Shown: positions 21,376 to 31,414, counted from the stretch's first letter. The stretch is 64,000 bases of DNA from a virus (IMGVR_UViG_3300023174_000053:1-64000), one strand, 5' to 3'. Made by a program: numbers and translations. Notes: a model not told the origin generated them from the sequence alone.

Positions 21376-22140
21376 TTATTTACGCAAATTGCCGTAATTC
21401 TTCTCCATTACATATCTTATATACTGGAATGTGACTGTTGTTTTTACAATTTGACTTCCTTCATAAGTTAAAGGCATCGCAGTAATATTTGTTGGGAATG
21501 CTTCAAGCATTCTATAAGTTAATTGTGGTGAGAATCTTATATCATTTGGTTTTGAACTATCAAAATTTCTCTCAAACTTTGTAATTGATATAATTCTCTT
21601 ATAATCATCTGGGTATCTAAAACGAAAGAAATCTCTTCTATCTTTTCCTAGATTATTACCTTGTCCTTTTTCATTTGCTGGTAATAAACCAGCATCACTA
21701 TATAATGGATTGATAAAGTTCATCCATTCTTCAAAAAGACGAATTAAATTATATTCATTATCAACATAAAAAGTCATTGTAAATTCTGGGAAAAGTCTTC
21801 TCGTTGGAAATCTTTCAATTGTTCCTTGACGACTTCCCATTTCTTCGGTCACATCAAAAGATATTCCAGGAATAACTGCTTCGGCACAATAAAAGTCATA
21901 GATAAAAGGATTTTTTCTATTATATTTGGGATTATTAATTACACCAGAATTTTTTAACCAATCCATCAACTCACTTCCACCATCCGTCAAATGCAATGAT
22001 ACTTTGAATTGACTAGTGAGAGATAAATTACCAAAAATCTCTCTTGCTGACGGCATCCTATTCTGCGGGGTGCCTTCAGTCATCTTAAGATATATTGGTC
22101 CTATATGTGGAGACCCTCTTCCTTGAGTTGGAACAGCCAT
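21376..22140 (-). CDS. Tail tube/baseplate-tube initiator-like protein (gp19/gp54 family)
   Basis: C..A.IPG, MTFYVD, FEEWMNFI, AFP.NI...PL.Y and TVTFQY motifs. Confidence 0.65.
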   Translation of the reverse strand: MAVPTQGRGSPHIGPIYLKMTEGTPQNRMPSAREIFGNLSLTSQFKVSLHLTDGGSELMDWLKNSGVINNPKYNRKNPFIYDFYCAEAVIPGISFDVTEEMGSRQGTIERFPTRRLFPEFTMTFYVDNEYNLIRLFEEWMNFINPLYSDAGLLPANEKGQGNNLGKDRRDFFRFRYPDDYKRIISITKFERNFDSSKPNDIRFSPQLTYRMLEAFPTNITAMPLTYEGSQIVKTTVTFQYIRYVMEKNYGNLRK

Positions 22141-22141
22141 C

Positions 22142-22149
22142 TATAAATA
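22142..22149 (+). promoter_or_regulatory. T4-type late promoter
   Basis: Exact TATAAATA just upstream of gp4. Confidence 0.7.
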
Positions 22150-22155
22150 TCTAAA

Positions 22156-22638
22156 ATGCCTATACTATGTATGCCTCGTAACGAAGATAGTAAATATAGA
22201 CAGGGTAAATATAGACCACATAATCCCCAAAAGTATGGTGGAGACCCATCAAATATTGTCTATAGGTCTTCTTATGAATTGAAATTTATGCAATATTGTG
22301 ATTTGACTGAAAGTGTGAATTCTTGGAAAAGTGAAGAGTTTTTTATTCCTTATCGTTCTCCAATAGATAATAAGTATCACAGATACTTCCCTGACTTCTT
22401 TGTGAAATATAAAGATAAGGACGGAAATAATAGAACTCTTGTTGTTGAAATCAAACCAGCAAAAGACTTAAAAATGCCCGAAACAAACCCAAAACGAAGA
22501 ACTAAGTCTTGGGCTTATTCAGTAAAAATGTGGGCAATCAATCAAGCAAAATGGGAAGCAGCAAAGAATTGGTGTGCTGATAGGAAATATGAGTTTAAAA
22601 TATTCACAGAAAAGGACTTGGGGATTAATGTAAAATGA
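22156..22638 (+). CDS. gp4: Head completion nuclease gp4
   Basis: YRSSYE, W.SEE..IPY.SP.D...HRYFPDF, EIKP, NQAKWEAA. Confidence 0.9.
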   Translation: MPILCMPRNEDSKYRQGKYRPHNPQKYGGDPSNIVYRSSYELKFMQYCDLTESVNSWKSEEFFIPYRSPIDNKYHRYFPDFFVKYKDKDGNNRTLVVEIKPAKDLKMPETNPKRRTKSWAYSVKMWAINQAKWEAAKNWCADRKYEFKIFTEKDLGINVK

Positions 22639-23132
22639 TTGCAGACGATATTAGAAAACAAGCAGGCAACAAATATCGTAGTAGTGATTGGTGGACCAAT
22701 TCACTAATGAATGAATTAAGAAACAAACAAAAGAGAGATATTAATGAAGAAGATACTGGATTTATAAAACCAGGAGATTTGGTTTTCTTTTTATATTCCG
22801 CAAAGTATCCACAAAAATACGAATATTGGGATAAACACCCTTTATCTTATGTTTTGGATATTAATCTCAGTGAAGGTTCGTTTCTTGGAGCAAATCTTCA
22901 TTACCTCAATCCACAATATCGTGGAGGTGTCGCACAATCCTTTCTAAATAAAGAAGGAATTGTAAATGCACCCAAGAAAACTTTACACAAATACCTCTTC
23001 TCTGGAGTAATAACTGAATTCTTTAAAGTGCCTGAAAAAGAATGGAGAGAAGTATCATTGCTTCCAACAGAGAAGTTTGTTGATAAAAGAGGACAACCAG
23101 TATTTAAAACCAAAGTTTGGGACGCACCATAG
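22635..23132 (+). CDS. gp2: DNA end protector gp2-like
   Basis: FFLYSAKY...YWDKHPL...FLGANLHYL...LHKYL. Confidence 0.75.
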   Translation: MIADDIRKQAGNKYRSSDWWTNSLMNELRNKQKRDINEEDTGFIKPGDLVFFLYSAKYPQKYEYWDKHPLSYVLDINLSEGSFLGANLHYLNPQYRGGVAQSFLNKEGIVNAPKKTLHKYLFSGVITEFFKVPEKEWREVSLLPTEKFVDKRGQPVFKTKVWDAP

Positions 23133-24734
23133 ATGGCATATGAAGTATTAAAAGATAATTACTATCGTTCATCTGTGGGACCATTGGGCCTTGATCTTGG
23201 TATTAGATATGATGCAAAAACTGGTGATTATGAATTGAAAGAAAAAAATGCACTTGGTTATGATGCGTTAACGGGAAATGCAATATTTTATAAAAATGGT
23301 AGTTATACAAGTGATGCAATAAAAGATCCAAAATTGTTTGTAGATGGTGACCCAAACAAACCAACAGCACTAGCGCAACAACTCTCAATTGATATAAGAA
23401 AGAAGGTATATGCAGCATATCAAGCAAAAGGAGGTACTGCTGGGGGAAATGTAGTCAATACTACCGCAACACCAAAACATCAAAATGATCCAGCAGGAGT
23501 TAATAATAGTGCTGCAGGAACAAATCCAGGAATAGCAACAGCAGTACCAGGAACGGCTGGATTAGCAGCACCACCAGGACAAGGTAATATTTTTGATCCT
23601 ATGAACCTTGATTTTAATAGCAAAACCGAAGAAAGAATTTTTAAAGATGGTGGCCTTTTAAAATACCCAATTGATATCTTAGAAAATCAACAAGATACAT
23701 TACAAATTACAATGTATCGTTATCGTCCACCAACTGGAAACCTATTTCTGTCTTCTCCACTATCAGTTGGAGGAGTTATTGATACAATCGGCAACATAGT
23801 TGCTCCCCTTGCTCCTAGTCTTGGTATTGGTTCAAAGGGTGGAGAAATTGCCACTAAAGGATTACAAAGAAATAGTGCTTTAAAAAAAGTTATAGCAACT
23901 ACTATTTTACCAATTCCTTCTGGTATCCAAGATAATAATGCTATAAGTTGGGGTGATGATAGTATGAATAATTTGACGGCAGCAGTTGCTAGTAATATTT
24001 ATGACAAGCCAGGGAGAGCATTGGGTGGGAACCTTACATTAGACGTTGGAGCTGCTGTAGCAAAAACATTCGGAGTCAATTTGGACCCTGGAGCTATAAA
24101 ACAGATAGGAGCAATGGCAGACGCCGTAGGAATTACAAATCTACCTGATTTACTGAAAAATCCGCAAACCAAAGCAGCAATAACTTCATTAATAGCAAAA
24201 AGTGCTGGATTTGAAATTCCACCAGAAACAATTTTAGCAAGAGGATTTGGAATTGTTCCAAACTCAAATATAGAACTGCTATTCCAAGGACCAACACTTC
24301 GTTCATTTGGTTTTACTTGGCGTATGAGTCCAAGAAGTAAATTAGAAGCAAGAAATGTAAAAAGAATTATTCGTATGTTTAAACAGGGTAGTGCCCCAAG
24401 AAAATTAAACTCACAATCTGGTGCTGGGGCAGCATCTGTTTTTCTTGGAACTCCAAATGTTTTCAAACTTTCATACAAAACAGGAAATAAAGAAATATCT
24501 GGGTTAAATAAATTTAAGATATGTGCTCTTGTTAATATGAGTGTTGTTTATGCCCCTGACGGTCAATGGGCTGCTTATGCTGAAGGACAACCAGTATCCA
24601 TACAGATGTCTCTAAGCTTCCAAGAAATTGAACCTGTATATGAAAGTGATTATCAAACAGATATTTTTGATAACTTTAAGAAAGACGGCACAGGCGATTA
24701 TTCAATAGTCAAAGACGACGACGTAGGATACTAA
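23133..24734 (+). CDS. gp48: Baseplate tail-tube cap gp48
   Basis: LPIP..IQD.N...W, N.ELLF.GPTLRSF.F.W...PRS..EA, Y.PDG, L.FQEIEP.Y. Confidence 0.85.
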   Translation: MAYEVLKDNYYRSSVGPLGLDLGIRYDAKTGDYELKEKNALGYDALTGNAIFYKNGSYTSDAIKDPKLFVDGDPNKPTALAQQLSIDIRKKVYAAYQAKGGTAGGNVVNTTATPKHQNDPAGVNNSAAGTNPGIATAVPGTAGLAAPPGQGNIFDPMNLDFNSKTEERIFKDGGLLKYPIDILENQQDTLQITMYRYRPPTGNLFLSSPLSVGGVIDTIGNIVAPLAPSLGIGSKGGEIATKGLQRNSALKKVIATTILPIPSGIQDNNAISWGDDSMNNLTAAVASNIYDKPGRALGGNLTLDVGAAVAKTFGVNLDPGAIKQIGAMADAVGITNLPDLLKNPQTKAAITSLIAKSAGFEIPPETILARGFGIVPNSNIELLFQGPTLRSFGFTWRMSPRSKLEARNVKRIIRMFKQGSAPRKLNSQSGAGAASVFLGTPNVFKLSYKTGNKEISGLNKFKICALVNMSVVYAPDGQWAAYAEGQPVSIQMSLSFQEIEPVYESDYQTDIFDNFKKDGTGDYSIVKDDDVGY

Positions 24735-24735
24735 A

Positions 24736-25569
24736 ATGGGATACTTTAGAGAACTTCCAAATTTCCAATATATTGCGAATTTTCCTAATCAGTCATTCAA
24801 TACTGATTATGTCGTAGCAAAAAATATATTCAAAAGAGCAAAATTAAGAACTGATATTGCGAGTGCTATAACTGCCTTTAATTATTATCAAATTGTTGAT
24901 AATGAAAGACCAGACCAAGTTGCTGCAAAAGTTTATGATAACGCAGAACTTGATTGGGTAATTTTAACAACCAATAATATTACAAATATTAATCAACAAT
25001 GGCCTTTAGATAATAATAGTTTTTATAAGTATCTTATTGATAAGTATGGAAGTGACGAAGAACTTGGAAAAATTCATCATTATGAGACTGTAGAATTTAG
25101 AGACGAATATGGACGTGTTGTAGTTCCTGGTGGTTATCAAGTTGATCCGACAAAAGCACTATCAGTCACCACTTCTGAAGGTCAAAATGACTATGTTTTA
25201 AGTGAGTTTCCAAATGAAAATACAAATTATAGTATTACAATTAATTTAAATCAATATCTTCCTGTTTATAAAAACAATACAGAAACTACACAAGCAATTA
25301 TAACTGATATTACTACTAACTTTTCTAAATTAAAAGTTGCTGGAAGAGAAAATAAAATTGATATCAAGATCACAAATATTTTAACTAATTGGCCCACAAG
25401 TTGGGGTGGAAACACAATAGTAAAAAGAAGAACTGGAAATACTACAGTTCAAGTTCTTGATATTGTATTTGAAAATGATGTAGTCCTTTCCCCATTATTA
25501 TACGAAATTGTCGGTGAAGAAGTTAATGGTGTAATTGTCCCAGTATTTAAACTCAAACCACAAATCTAA
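24736..25569 (+). CDS. gp53: Baseplate wedge gp53, N-terminal part
   Basis: YFRELPN, ERPDQVA..VY....DWVIL..NNI, WPL, IHHYET. Confidence 0.85.
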   Translation: MGYFRELPNFQYIANFPNQSFNTDYVVAKNIFKRAKLRTDIASAITAFNYYQIVDNERPDQVAAKVYDNAELDWVILTTNNITNINQQWPLDNNSFYKYLIDKYGSDEELGKIHHYETVEFRDEYGRVVVPGGYQVDPTKALSVTTSEGQNDYVLSEFPNENTNYSITINLNQYLPVYKNNTETTQAIITDITTNFSKLKVAGRENKIDIKITNILTNWPTSWGGNTIVKRRTGNTTVQVLDIVFENDVVLSPLLYEIVGEEVNGVIVPVFKLKPQI

Positions 25570-25585
25570 ATAAAATAAAAACCAT

Positions 25586-25882
25586 ATGTCTACCCCAACT
25601 CCTATAATTGGTGTAAAAATAAAAATATCAACGGACGTTCAACCAATTTCTATTACAAATACAAATGCGTCTAAAATTACAACTACATCCATCAAAGAAG
25701 TAAGTAATTATGAATATGAAGTTTTGGAAAATGAAAAGAAAAGAAAACTTTTAATCCTAAAACCAGAATACTTAGCAGTCTTTATAAGTGATATGAAGAA
25801 TATTATGAAATATGCGGAATCTTCACAATACGTAGATCAAAATACTAAACGTGGTTATAATCCAAAAGTAACAGGGGTATGA
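25586..25882 (+). CDS. Baseplate wedge gp53, C-terminal part (separate ORF)
   Basis: VSNYEYE..ENEKKR.L.ILKPEYL..F..D....M.Y resembles the usual C-terminal block of cyanophage gp53. Confidence 0.65.
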   Translation: MSTPTPIIGVKIKISTDVQPISITNTNASKITTTSIKEVSNYEYEVLENEKKRKLLILKPEYLAVFISDMKNIMKYAESSQYVDQNTKRGYNPKVTGV

Positions 25883-25893
25883 ACCCTACAGAC

Positions 25894-25927
25894 AAAAAAA
25901 TACCCCCGATTTTTTTCGGGGGTAAAA
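25894..25927. terminator. Probable bidirectional intrinsic terminator between convergent genes
   Basis: tacccccga / tcgggggta hairpin with an A-run on its left. Confidence 0.6.
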
Positions 25928-25951
25928 TGGATTTAAAAGTCGATTTTGAAA

Positions 25952-26848
25952 TCAGGACTCTGCCAACTTCTGGAAGTAAGACATCGCATCATCGTCCTCG
26001 TCATCACTAGAAGCAGAAGGACGAACTGAAACAGATTCCTTTACAGGACGTGATACTTCATCTTCTTCCTCTTCACCAATCGTCTCGGGGTCTTGATACT
26101 TAGGAGTTCCTTTAATACCAAGTGTATAATCAAGGCGTTTCTTCAAATCTTCATAAGACTTGAACTCACTTGGAGCAATAAACTCATTCAAGTTGTTGAG
26201 TGATTTGTAGATTGTTTCCAGTTCATCATCATCATCAAGAAGAGCAGAAGGTGGTGCAAACTCTGACTTATCATAGTTCCAATAACCATCTTTCTTCACC
26301 AACTTCAGTTTGAAGTTAGCACCCTTCCAGAAATCAAAAGGATTGATTGGTTCTTCATCATCAAACTCTGGTTGCATAGAAGCCATAATCTTATCAAAGA
26401 TTTTCTTACCAAACTTATAAAGGAACACTCGTCCTTCATTCTCAGGGTTGGCAGGATCTTTTACAACATAGATGTTTGCAAAATAAGAAAGCTTACGCTT
26501 ACGATCACGAACAATGTTTTGATTGTCCTTACTACCAGTATTCCAAAGTTCACGGTTTGCTTCACATACAGGACAGTTTTGTCCCAAAGTAGTGAGGCAA
26601 TTATCAATCATCCATTTTCCATTTGATTGAAATGCGTGAGACCAAACCTGTGCCCAAGGAAGATCACAACCCTCTGGTGCAGGAAGAAATCGAATGATTG
26701 CGGAACCAGTACCACCCTTATCCATTACAGGTTTCCAAAAACGTTCGTCATCTTTGGACCCATTATCATTCAATTTTTCAACTTGTTTGATGAGTTTTTC
26801 AGTCAAAGAACCCATTTTTGATTGCTTCTTCAAATCAGCAAATGACAT
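25952..26848 (-). CDS. gp32: Single-stranded DNA-binding protein gp32
   Basis: DERFWKP, IRFLPAP, CPVCE, FDFWKGANFKLK, NYDKSEF and an acidic tail. Confidence 0.95.
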   Translation of the reverse strand: MSFADLKKQSKMGSLTEKLIKQVEKLNDNGSKDDERFWKPVMDKGGTGSAIIRFLPAPEGCDLPWAQVWSHAFQSNGKWMIDNCLTTLGQNCPVCEANRELWNTGSKDNQNIVRDRKRKLSYFANIYVVKDPANPENEGRVFLYKFGKKIFDKIMASMQPEFDDEEPINPFDFWKGANFKLKLVKKDGYWNYDKSEFAPPSALLDDDDELETIYKSLNNLNEFIAPSEFKSYEDLKKRLDYTLGIKGTPKYQDPETIGEEEEDEVSRPVKESVSVRPSASSDDEDDDAMSYFQKLAES

Positions 26849-26919
26849 TTGTATTCTCCGTATTTTTTGTATTGAGAGTATTGGATATATTATCCGTATT
26901 AATCATAGCAGGTATAAGG

Positions 26920-27252
26920 TTAGTCGTCAAGGGTCTTTTCAAGTTTTTCAATTGACTCTTCCATCTTCGCAAAGAATGTATTAATATCATCTCCTGGTTC
27001 TAACCCAAACAGTAAAGCAGAATCAAGAATTCGATTTCTCATTTCTACTGCTTCTGGGTCATCAGATAGAGACATTCTAAAAATAAAAACTTTTTGTTTT
27101 TCCAAAAATAGTTTCATCGTTTCTAGATGTTCCCTTTTTTTATCTGAATCTGAAAAAGGAAGTTCCATCAATTCAGTAAAGAGTTTATGTTGTAATTCAT
27201 CAAGTTCAAACAAAGATTCTCTGACTTGTTCTGAATCAAAAAATCTACTCAT
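26920..27252 (-). CDS. Conserved cyanophage protein (DUF1825-like)
   Basis: FFDSEQV...LEKQ....RMSLSDDPEA. Confidence 0.7.
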   Translation of the reverse strand: MSRFFDSEQVRESLFELDELQHKLFTELMELPFSDSDKKREHLETMKLFLEKQKVFIFRMSLSDDPEAVEMRNRILDSALLFGLEPGDDINTFFAKMEESIEKLEKTLDD

Positions 27253-27839
27253 AAAACAATCTCCTTGAGAATTTCTTTATACTTTGCTACGTCAATATTT
27301 AGGAATGGTTGATACTTTCGAATTCTTAAACTGACGGTTTCCCACACTGGGTCTGTTAATTTCTTATCAAACTTTTTTACATAACCCAATATCATATCCA
27401 ATATCACCATGGTCTCTAAACTGATTGCTTTTTGAAAATACTTTTTGAGAATCTCTGGATGTTGATTATTTTTTATCTCAAATAATTCTACAAAACTATC
27501 TTTGTTTATAAAAACTTCTGCTTCTGTTTTGAATAAGTAAAAAAGACTTTGAGATTTCTTTAACCAATTTGTATAAATTTTTTCTCCATTTTCAATGATT
27601 TCACCAATCCACAAAGATTGAGTATCATTACATTCAGCAAAGTTTGCTACAAAATATGCTTTGATTTCATCATCATTCTTCTGCCTAGAAGTTCGTTCAA
27701 AGAAATATCTATCCTTTCTCTTATGAAAAGAGTCCAGAGATGCTCTGGACTTTCCACAATACTTAAAGTAGTCGTAATTTTCTTTTGTAAAATGATTTTT
27801 GAATGCTAAGTAAGTTTTATATACATCAAAGGGTGTCAC
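27249..27839 (-). CDS. gp59: Helicase loader gp59
   Basis: YLAFKNHFT...YDYFKY.GK...F.KRKDRYFF. Confidence 0.9.
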   Translation of the reverse strand: MTPFDVYKTYLAFKNHFTKENYDYFKYCGKSRASLDSFHKRKDRYFFERTSRQKNDDEIKAYFVANFAECNDTQSLWIGEIIENGEKIYTNWLKKSQSLFYLFKTEAEVFINKDSFVELFEIKNNQHPEILKKYFQKAISLETMVILDMILGYVKKFDKKLTDPVWETVSLRIRKYQPFLNIDVAKYKEILKEIVL

Positions 27840-28093
27840 AACGGCAATTTAGCAGCACGAGTAGTTTTTTTCAAAAAATTTAATTCCGTTGCATCATTTT
27901 TAAGTTTCTCCTTCAAAGGTTTAGAAACTAATTTAGATATAGTATCAATTTCAATACTATTTTCTTCACAATACGTGACGATTGCATCAATATAATTGAT
28001 TTTAGATTCTTTGACAATATTCTCTATATCCTGAGCAAACTTTTGGGGACACAAAAATTTGCTGTCTATTTCTTCCTTGATTTTATCATTCAT
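27836..28093 (-). CDS. gp33: Late transcription coactivator gp33
   Basis: YIDAIV.YCEEN.IE......KL.SKPLKEKL...A..LNFL; probable start MNDKI. Confidence 0.85.
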   Translation of the reverse strand: MNDKIKEEIDSKFLCPQKFAQDIENIVKESKINYIDAIVTYCEENSIEIDTISKLVSKPLKEKLKNDATELNFLKKTTRAAKLPL

Positions 28094-28826
28094 ATTGCTG
28101 AAGTTTATCTCTAACAAATTCTCTAATATATTCGGTGAGTAACTTGATGTACTTTCCTTTGTCGTATTCTTCATAAATTTCACATTCTCCGTTTTCACAA
28201 GCCATTATAATTACAAACTTCTTTACCATTATACCAGTCATCTCGTATAACATGCAAGCATAGGCAGCACACTGTACGAAATAATGCTCAATCCAATCTC
28301 TTGGTTTTGGTTTCTTAGAAGTCTTAAAGTCAATAACTGCTAATTCACCATTATATTCTGCAATACAATCAACAGTTCCCGCAATACCTAAAACTTTGCT
28401 ATACAAAGAGTTTTCAAGTGCATGAATATTATTTATCTTATTCAAATAAGGTTTCGCTATCCCAAATAACATTTGCGAAATTGGAAGAACCTCAGAATTA
28501 AACTCTTCATTCTTCAAATACATTTCGGCAAGTGTATGCATATCAGTCCCACGACTGGTTGCTTGCTTTGTGATTTTGTTTGCCTTTTCTTCTCCTACTT
28601 TCTTTCTCCAATCAGCAAAGAACTGACGGTTCTTATGACTGGTTACAGAAGTAATAGAGACAAGTCTTAATAACTCATCCTCATTGGGAACTTTATAATA
28701 TCTTACCCCATCAATAGTCTCCCTCTCCAATTGAGGGAGATTCAAATCTACATAATTAAATCTTTCTACTTTCTTTTGCTTTGAACCATATAGTTCATTA
28801 TATTTTTCAATTGAAGGATTTGTCAT
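28086..28826 (-). CDS. PD-(D/E)XK (Cas4-like) exonuclease
   Basis: SITSV, RGTDMH, AGTVDCIAEY.G.LAVIDFKTS, Q..AYA. Confidence 0.85.
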   Translation of the reverse strand: MTNPSIEKYNELYGSKQKKVERFNYVDLNLPQLERETIDGVRYYKVPNEDELLRLVSITSVTSHKNRQFFADWRKKVGEEKANKITKQATSRGTDMHTLAEMYLKNEEFNSEVLPISQMLFGIAKPYLNKINNIHALENSLYSKVLGIAGTVDCIAEYNGELAVIDFKTSKKPKPRDWIEHYFVQCAAYACMLYEMTGIMVKKFVIIMACENGECEIYEEYDKGKYIKLLTEYIREFVRDKLQQYE

Positions 28827-29479
28827 TATGACTCATTATTATGTTTTGTAATTTTTCTTTGTAATGCTTTTTGCTTAATTTTTTCAATAGTTTCAGGTGA
28901 ATGTTTTTTTCCATACATAGGATTATTTTTTCCAGAAATGTCGTGATGATTTTCACTAATTTTTTTCTTAGTTTCATTACTAAGATTTTTGCCTAAATGT
29001 TTTTTTCTAATTTTTTCTTTAGTTTCTTTACTTAGTTTTCTATCCAAACAATATTGTTTGCCTTTATGGGCATCTTTCATTTTTTCAATAGTTTCAGGAG
29101 AATGTTTTTTGCCATACATACCAACTTTTTTTTCTATATGAAGTTTTTTAACTCTTTCAGAGCACTCTTGTCGATATTCTTCTGTTACTTCCCAACCAAA
29201 AATTCCATCACCTCCATCAGTTATATTGTAACCATAAGGAACTTTACTATTATACTCTTTAATATAATACTGTTCCAATTCATATGCTCTTCCGGCAGTA
29301 TCAACTTCTTCAATCAATTCAATAAAAAAATTATCTTCACCATATTTTTTAATTGCTTCAGTTAAAATAAAGCCTCTTTTGGAATGTTGATAAAATCTTT
29401 CAGTAATAGAGAATTTTGTTATTCCAACATACTTCTTTTTATTTTCAAGATTGGTAATTAAGTAAATATTATAAGACAT
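28826..29479 (-). CDS. Free-standing GIY-YIG (Seg-like) homing endonuclease with NUMOD3 repeats
   Basis: NIYLITN...KYVG, GYN.TDGG and repeated MYGKKHSPETIEK. Confidence 0.85.
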   Translation of the reverse strand: MSYNIYLITNLENKKKYVGITKFSITERFYQHSKRGFILTEAIKKYGEDNFFIELIEEVDTAGRAYELEQYYIKEYNSKVPYGYNITDGGDGIFGWEVTEEYRQECSERVKKLHIEKKVGMYGKKHSPETIEKMKDAHKGKQYCLDRKLSKETKEKIRKKHLGKNLSNETKKKISENHHDISGKNNPMYGKKHSPETIEKIKQKALQRKITKHNNES

Positions 29480-29481
29480 AT

Positions 29482-29532
29482 TAGTTCGTGAAATCTAAAA
29501 TTATTTATCTAAATTACAACTTACACGAACTA
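29482..29532 (-). promoter_or_regulatory. Translation-blocking hairpin with a late promoter in its loop
   Basis: 9-bp inverted repeat tagttcgtg (29482-29490) / cacgaacta (29524-29532) ends 2 nt from the ATG; GATAAATA at 29502-29509 on the minus strand. Confidence 0.65.
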
Positions 29533-30297
29533 TCTAGTTGATAATCCCAATTCATGTTTTGCTGTTAGATACTGTTTAACTAAACCAGAACGAACAATAT
29601 CATCAATACCAAATTCAATCAATTCAAATGAATCCATTTTTCTTAAAATATTCATAAAGTCAACAATACCATTTCTTTCATTTGATTTTACTAAATCACT
29701 TTGTTCTGCGTCACCACAGAAACAAATTTTACTATTTTCTCCAACACGAGTAATAATGGAATCCAATTCGTGAAAATTTAAATTGGAAAATTCATCCACT
29801 ATGATGATTGAATTATCAAGTGTTGTGCCACGAATGAAAGATGTGCTCCAGAACTTTACAGTTTCTTGTGATTTGAGATTACCATAAAGCATCTCAAAGT
29901 CAGCATCACTTGGCATCTGGAACATATACTTTACCATATTCTTATAAGGAATTTGATAAAGAGCAGACTTATCATCATGGTCTCCTGGAAGAAAACCAAT
30001 CTCACGAGTTGCTACAAGAGAACGAACCACATAGATTTGTTCGTATGGTGTTGTCTCGTCAAATACATCTTTGAGTGCGTTATAAAGAGTAATAAAGGTC
30101 TTACCTGTACCAGCAGCACCATAAGCAACTAAATGCTTACCTTCTTTGTATGCTTCAAAAAGTTTCCTTTGATTTTCTGTAAGAGGTTCAACATCAACCA
30201 AATACTCAGCACTAATTGGTTTCTTTCTCTTTGTTTGCCTAGTCGTCAAACCAACTCCAATTGGGTGGTTATCATTGCTCCTTCTTTTTCTTGCCAT
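29530..30297 (-). CDS. phoH: PhoH-like ATPase
   Basis: G.AGTGKT, REIGFLPG, FIRGTT, DE..N, GD..QSDL, DIVRSGLV. Confidence 0.95.
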   Translation of the reverse strand: MARKRRSNDNHPIGVGLTTRQTKRKKPISAEYLVDVEPLTENQRKLFEAYKEGKHLVAYGAAGTGKTFITLYNALKDVFDETTPYEQIYVVRSLVATREIGFLPGDHDDKSALYQIPYKNMVKYMFQMPSDADFEMLYGNLKSQETVKFWSTSFIRGTTLDNSIIIVDEFSNLNFHELDSIITRVGENSKICFCGDAEQSDLVKSNERNGIVDFMNILRKMDSFELIEFGIDDIVRSGLVKQYLTAKHELGLSTR

Positions 30298-30299
30298 AG

Positions 30300-30539
30300 T
30301 TAAATAGGTTTTACGTTTGCGCCTGGAACTTTTGAAACCTTGTGTAGAACATCATTCCATCCAGGGTTTCTTCTAACGTGTCTACTCAATAAATCACCCA
30401 CCTCCCCAACATTCATTTGTGTGGGAATGAGTGGTTTGATATTTGGATTTTCTTGGAGAAAAGGTTCCTTTTCCGCCATATACATCCATTTTTCAAAGAT
30501 TTCACCAGTTTCTGTATTTTCGAATCGATAAGTTGGCAT
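30300..30539 (-). CDS. Conserved hypothetical phage protein (FmdB-like N-terminus)
   Basis: MPTYRFEN.ETGE...GWNDVL.KVSKVPG. Confidence 0.6.
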   Translation of the reverse strand: MPTYRFENTETGEIFEKWMYMAEKEPFLQENPNIKPLIPTQMNVGEVGDLLSRHVRRNPGWNDVLHKVSKVPGANVKPI

Positions 30540-30563
30540 TATTTTAATAATATGTAAAGATAT

Positions 30564-31253
30564 TTATTCCAATGTAATAGAAGGTGCATCCATACATTCA
30601 GGGCAGTTTTTTCTACTCCAACCAAGAGCAGAAGAGATTGTAGGAAACTGACAGGTAAAGATACAACGGATTGCTTCAGCAACCTCCATATGCTCCTTCT
30701 GGGTGCCGTGAGCACTACGAAGGTCAATATAGTGCATCCATGACCTTAGAGAACCCGACATATACAAACGGGTCTGTGTTGCCTGTGGGAGCACGAAACG
30801 GGCACATTCTTTTGCTACTCCTTGAGCAAGAAGAAGATTGTAGATATTCAAACTCTCTTCAAAATGATTTTTAATCAACAAACTCATAGTTTCTGTTAGA
30901 TCACTTCCAAGATCGTCCGTACTATTTTGTCTATTTTTTGTATCTTGTCTCCGCAGATCAGGTACAGGAAGTTCAACTTGAAGTTCCGTACTATCGGCAT
31001 ATCTTTGACTGAATTGTTGGAATGTGAAAGACCTATGACGCAAGATTTGCGTAGCAATCGCCAACGAGGTATTAATTTCAACTGTGAGGAATGCATGTTC
31101 AAAGATGCTCCAGTGTTGATTCTTAATACAATATTTAAGCAATCCTTCAAAGTTTGAGTTCTCTTGATTTTTTGGATTACTTACACGGGCACAATAAGCA
31201 ATATGTTGTTCTGCGTTTGGTGTGGCAGAAATGAGTTTAACTTCTGGTTTCAT
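30564..31253 (-). CDS. thyX: Flavin-dependent thymidylate synthase
   Basis: AYCARVS, HWSIFE, QILRHRSFTFQQFSQRY, ECARFVLP, TQKEH. Confidence 0.95.
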   Translation of the reverse strand: MKPEVKLISATPNAEQHIAYCARVSNPKNQENSNFEGLLKYCIKNQHWSIFEHAFLTVEINTSLAIATQILRHRSFTFQQFSQRYADSTELQVELPVPDLRRQDTKNRQNSTDDLGSDLTETMSLLIKNHFEESLNIYNLLLAQGVAKECARFVLPQATQTRLYMSGSLRSWMHYIDLRSAHGTQKEHMEVAEAIRCIFTCQFPTISSALGWSRKNCPECMDAPSITLE

Positions 31254-31414
31254 TTTCCAAATCCTTTTGATGTAAGTTTTTCTAATTGAACAAGTTCAGT
31301 TTCTACCACCCTCAATTGTGATTTCATTTCTTTCAGTTGTTTATCTGAATACAAATGTTCCTGTTTGATTAATTTTTTAAGTAGTTTAACCAATTGTTTT
31401 GATCTGCTAGTCAT
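31250..31414 (-). CDS. Small conserved hypothetical protein
   Basis: MTSRSKQLVKLLK...SKGFGK; overlaps the thyX start. Confidence 0.6.
   Translation of the reverse strand: MTSRSKQLVKLLKKLIKQEHLYSDKQLKEMKSQLRVVETELVQLEKLTSKGFGK

Noticed and set aside
28086-28826. Cas4-like nuclease as a sign of a CRISPR system
   Set aside because: No repeat-spacer array or other cas genes were seen; this is the usual exonuclease next to gp33 in T4-like cyanophages.
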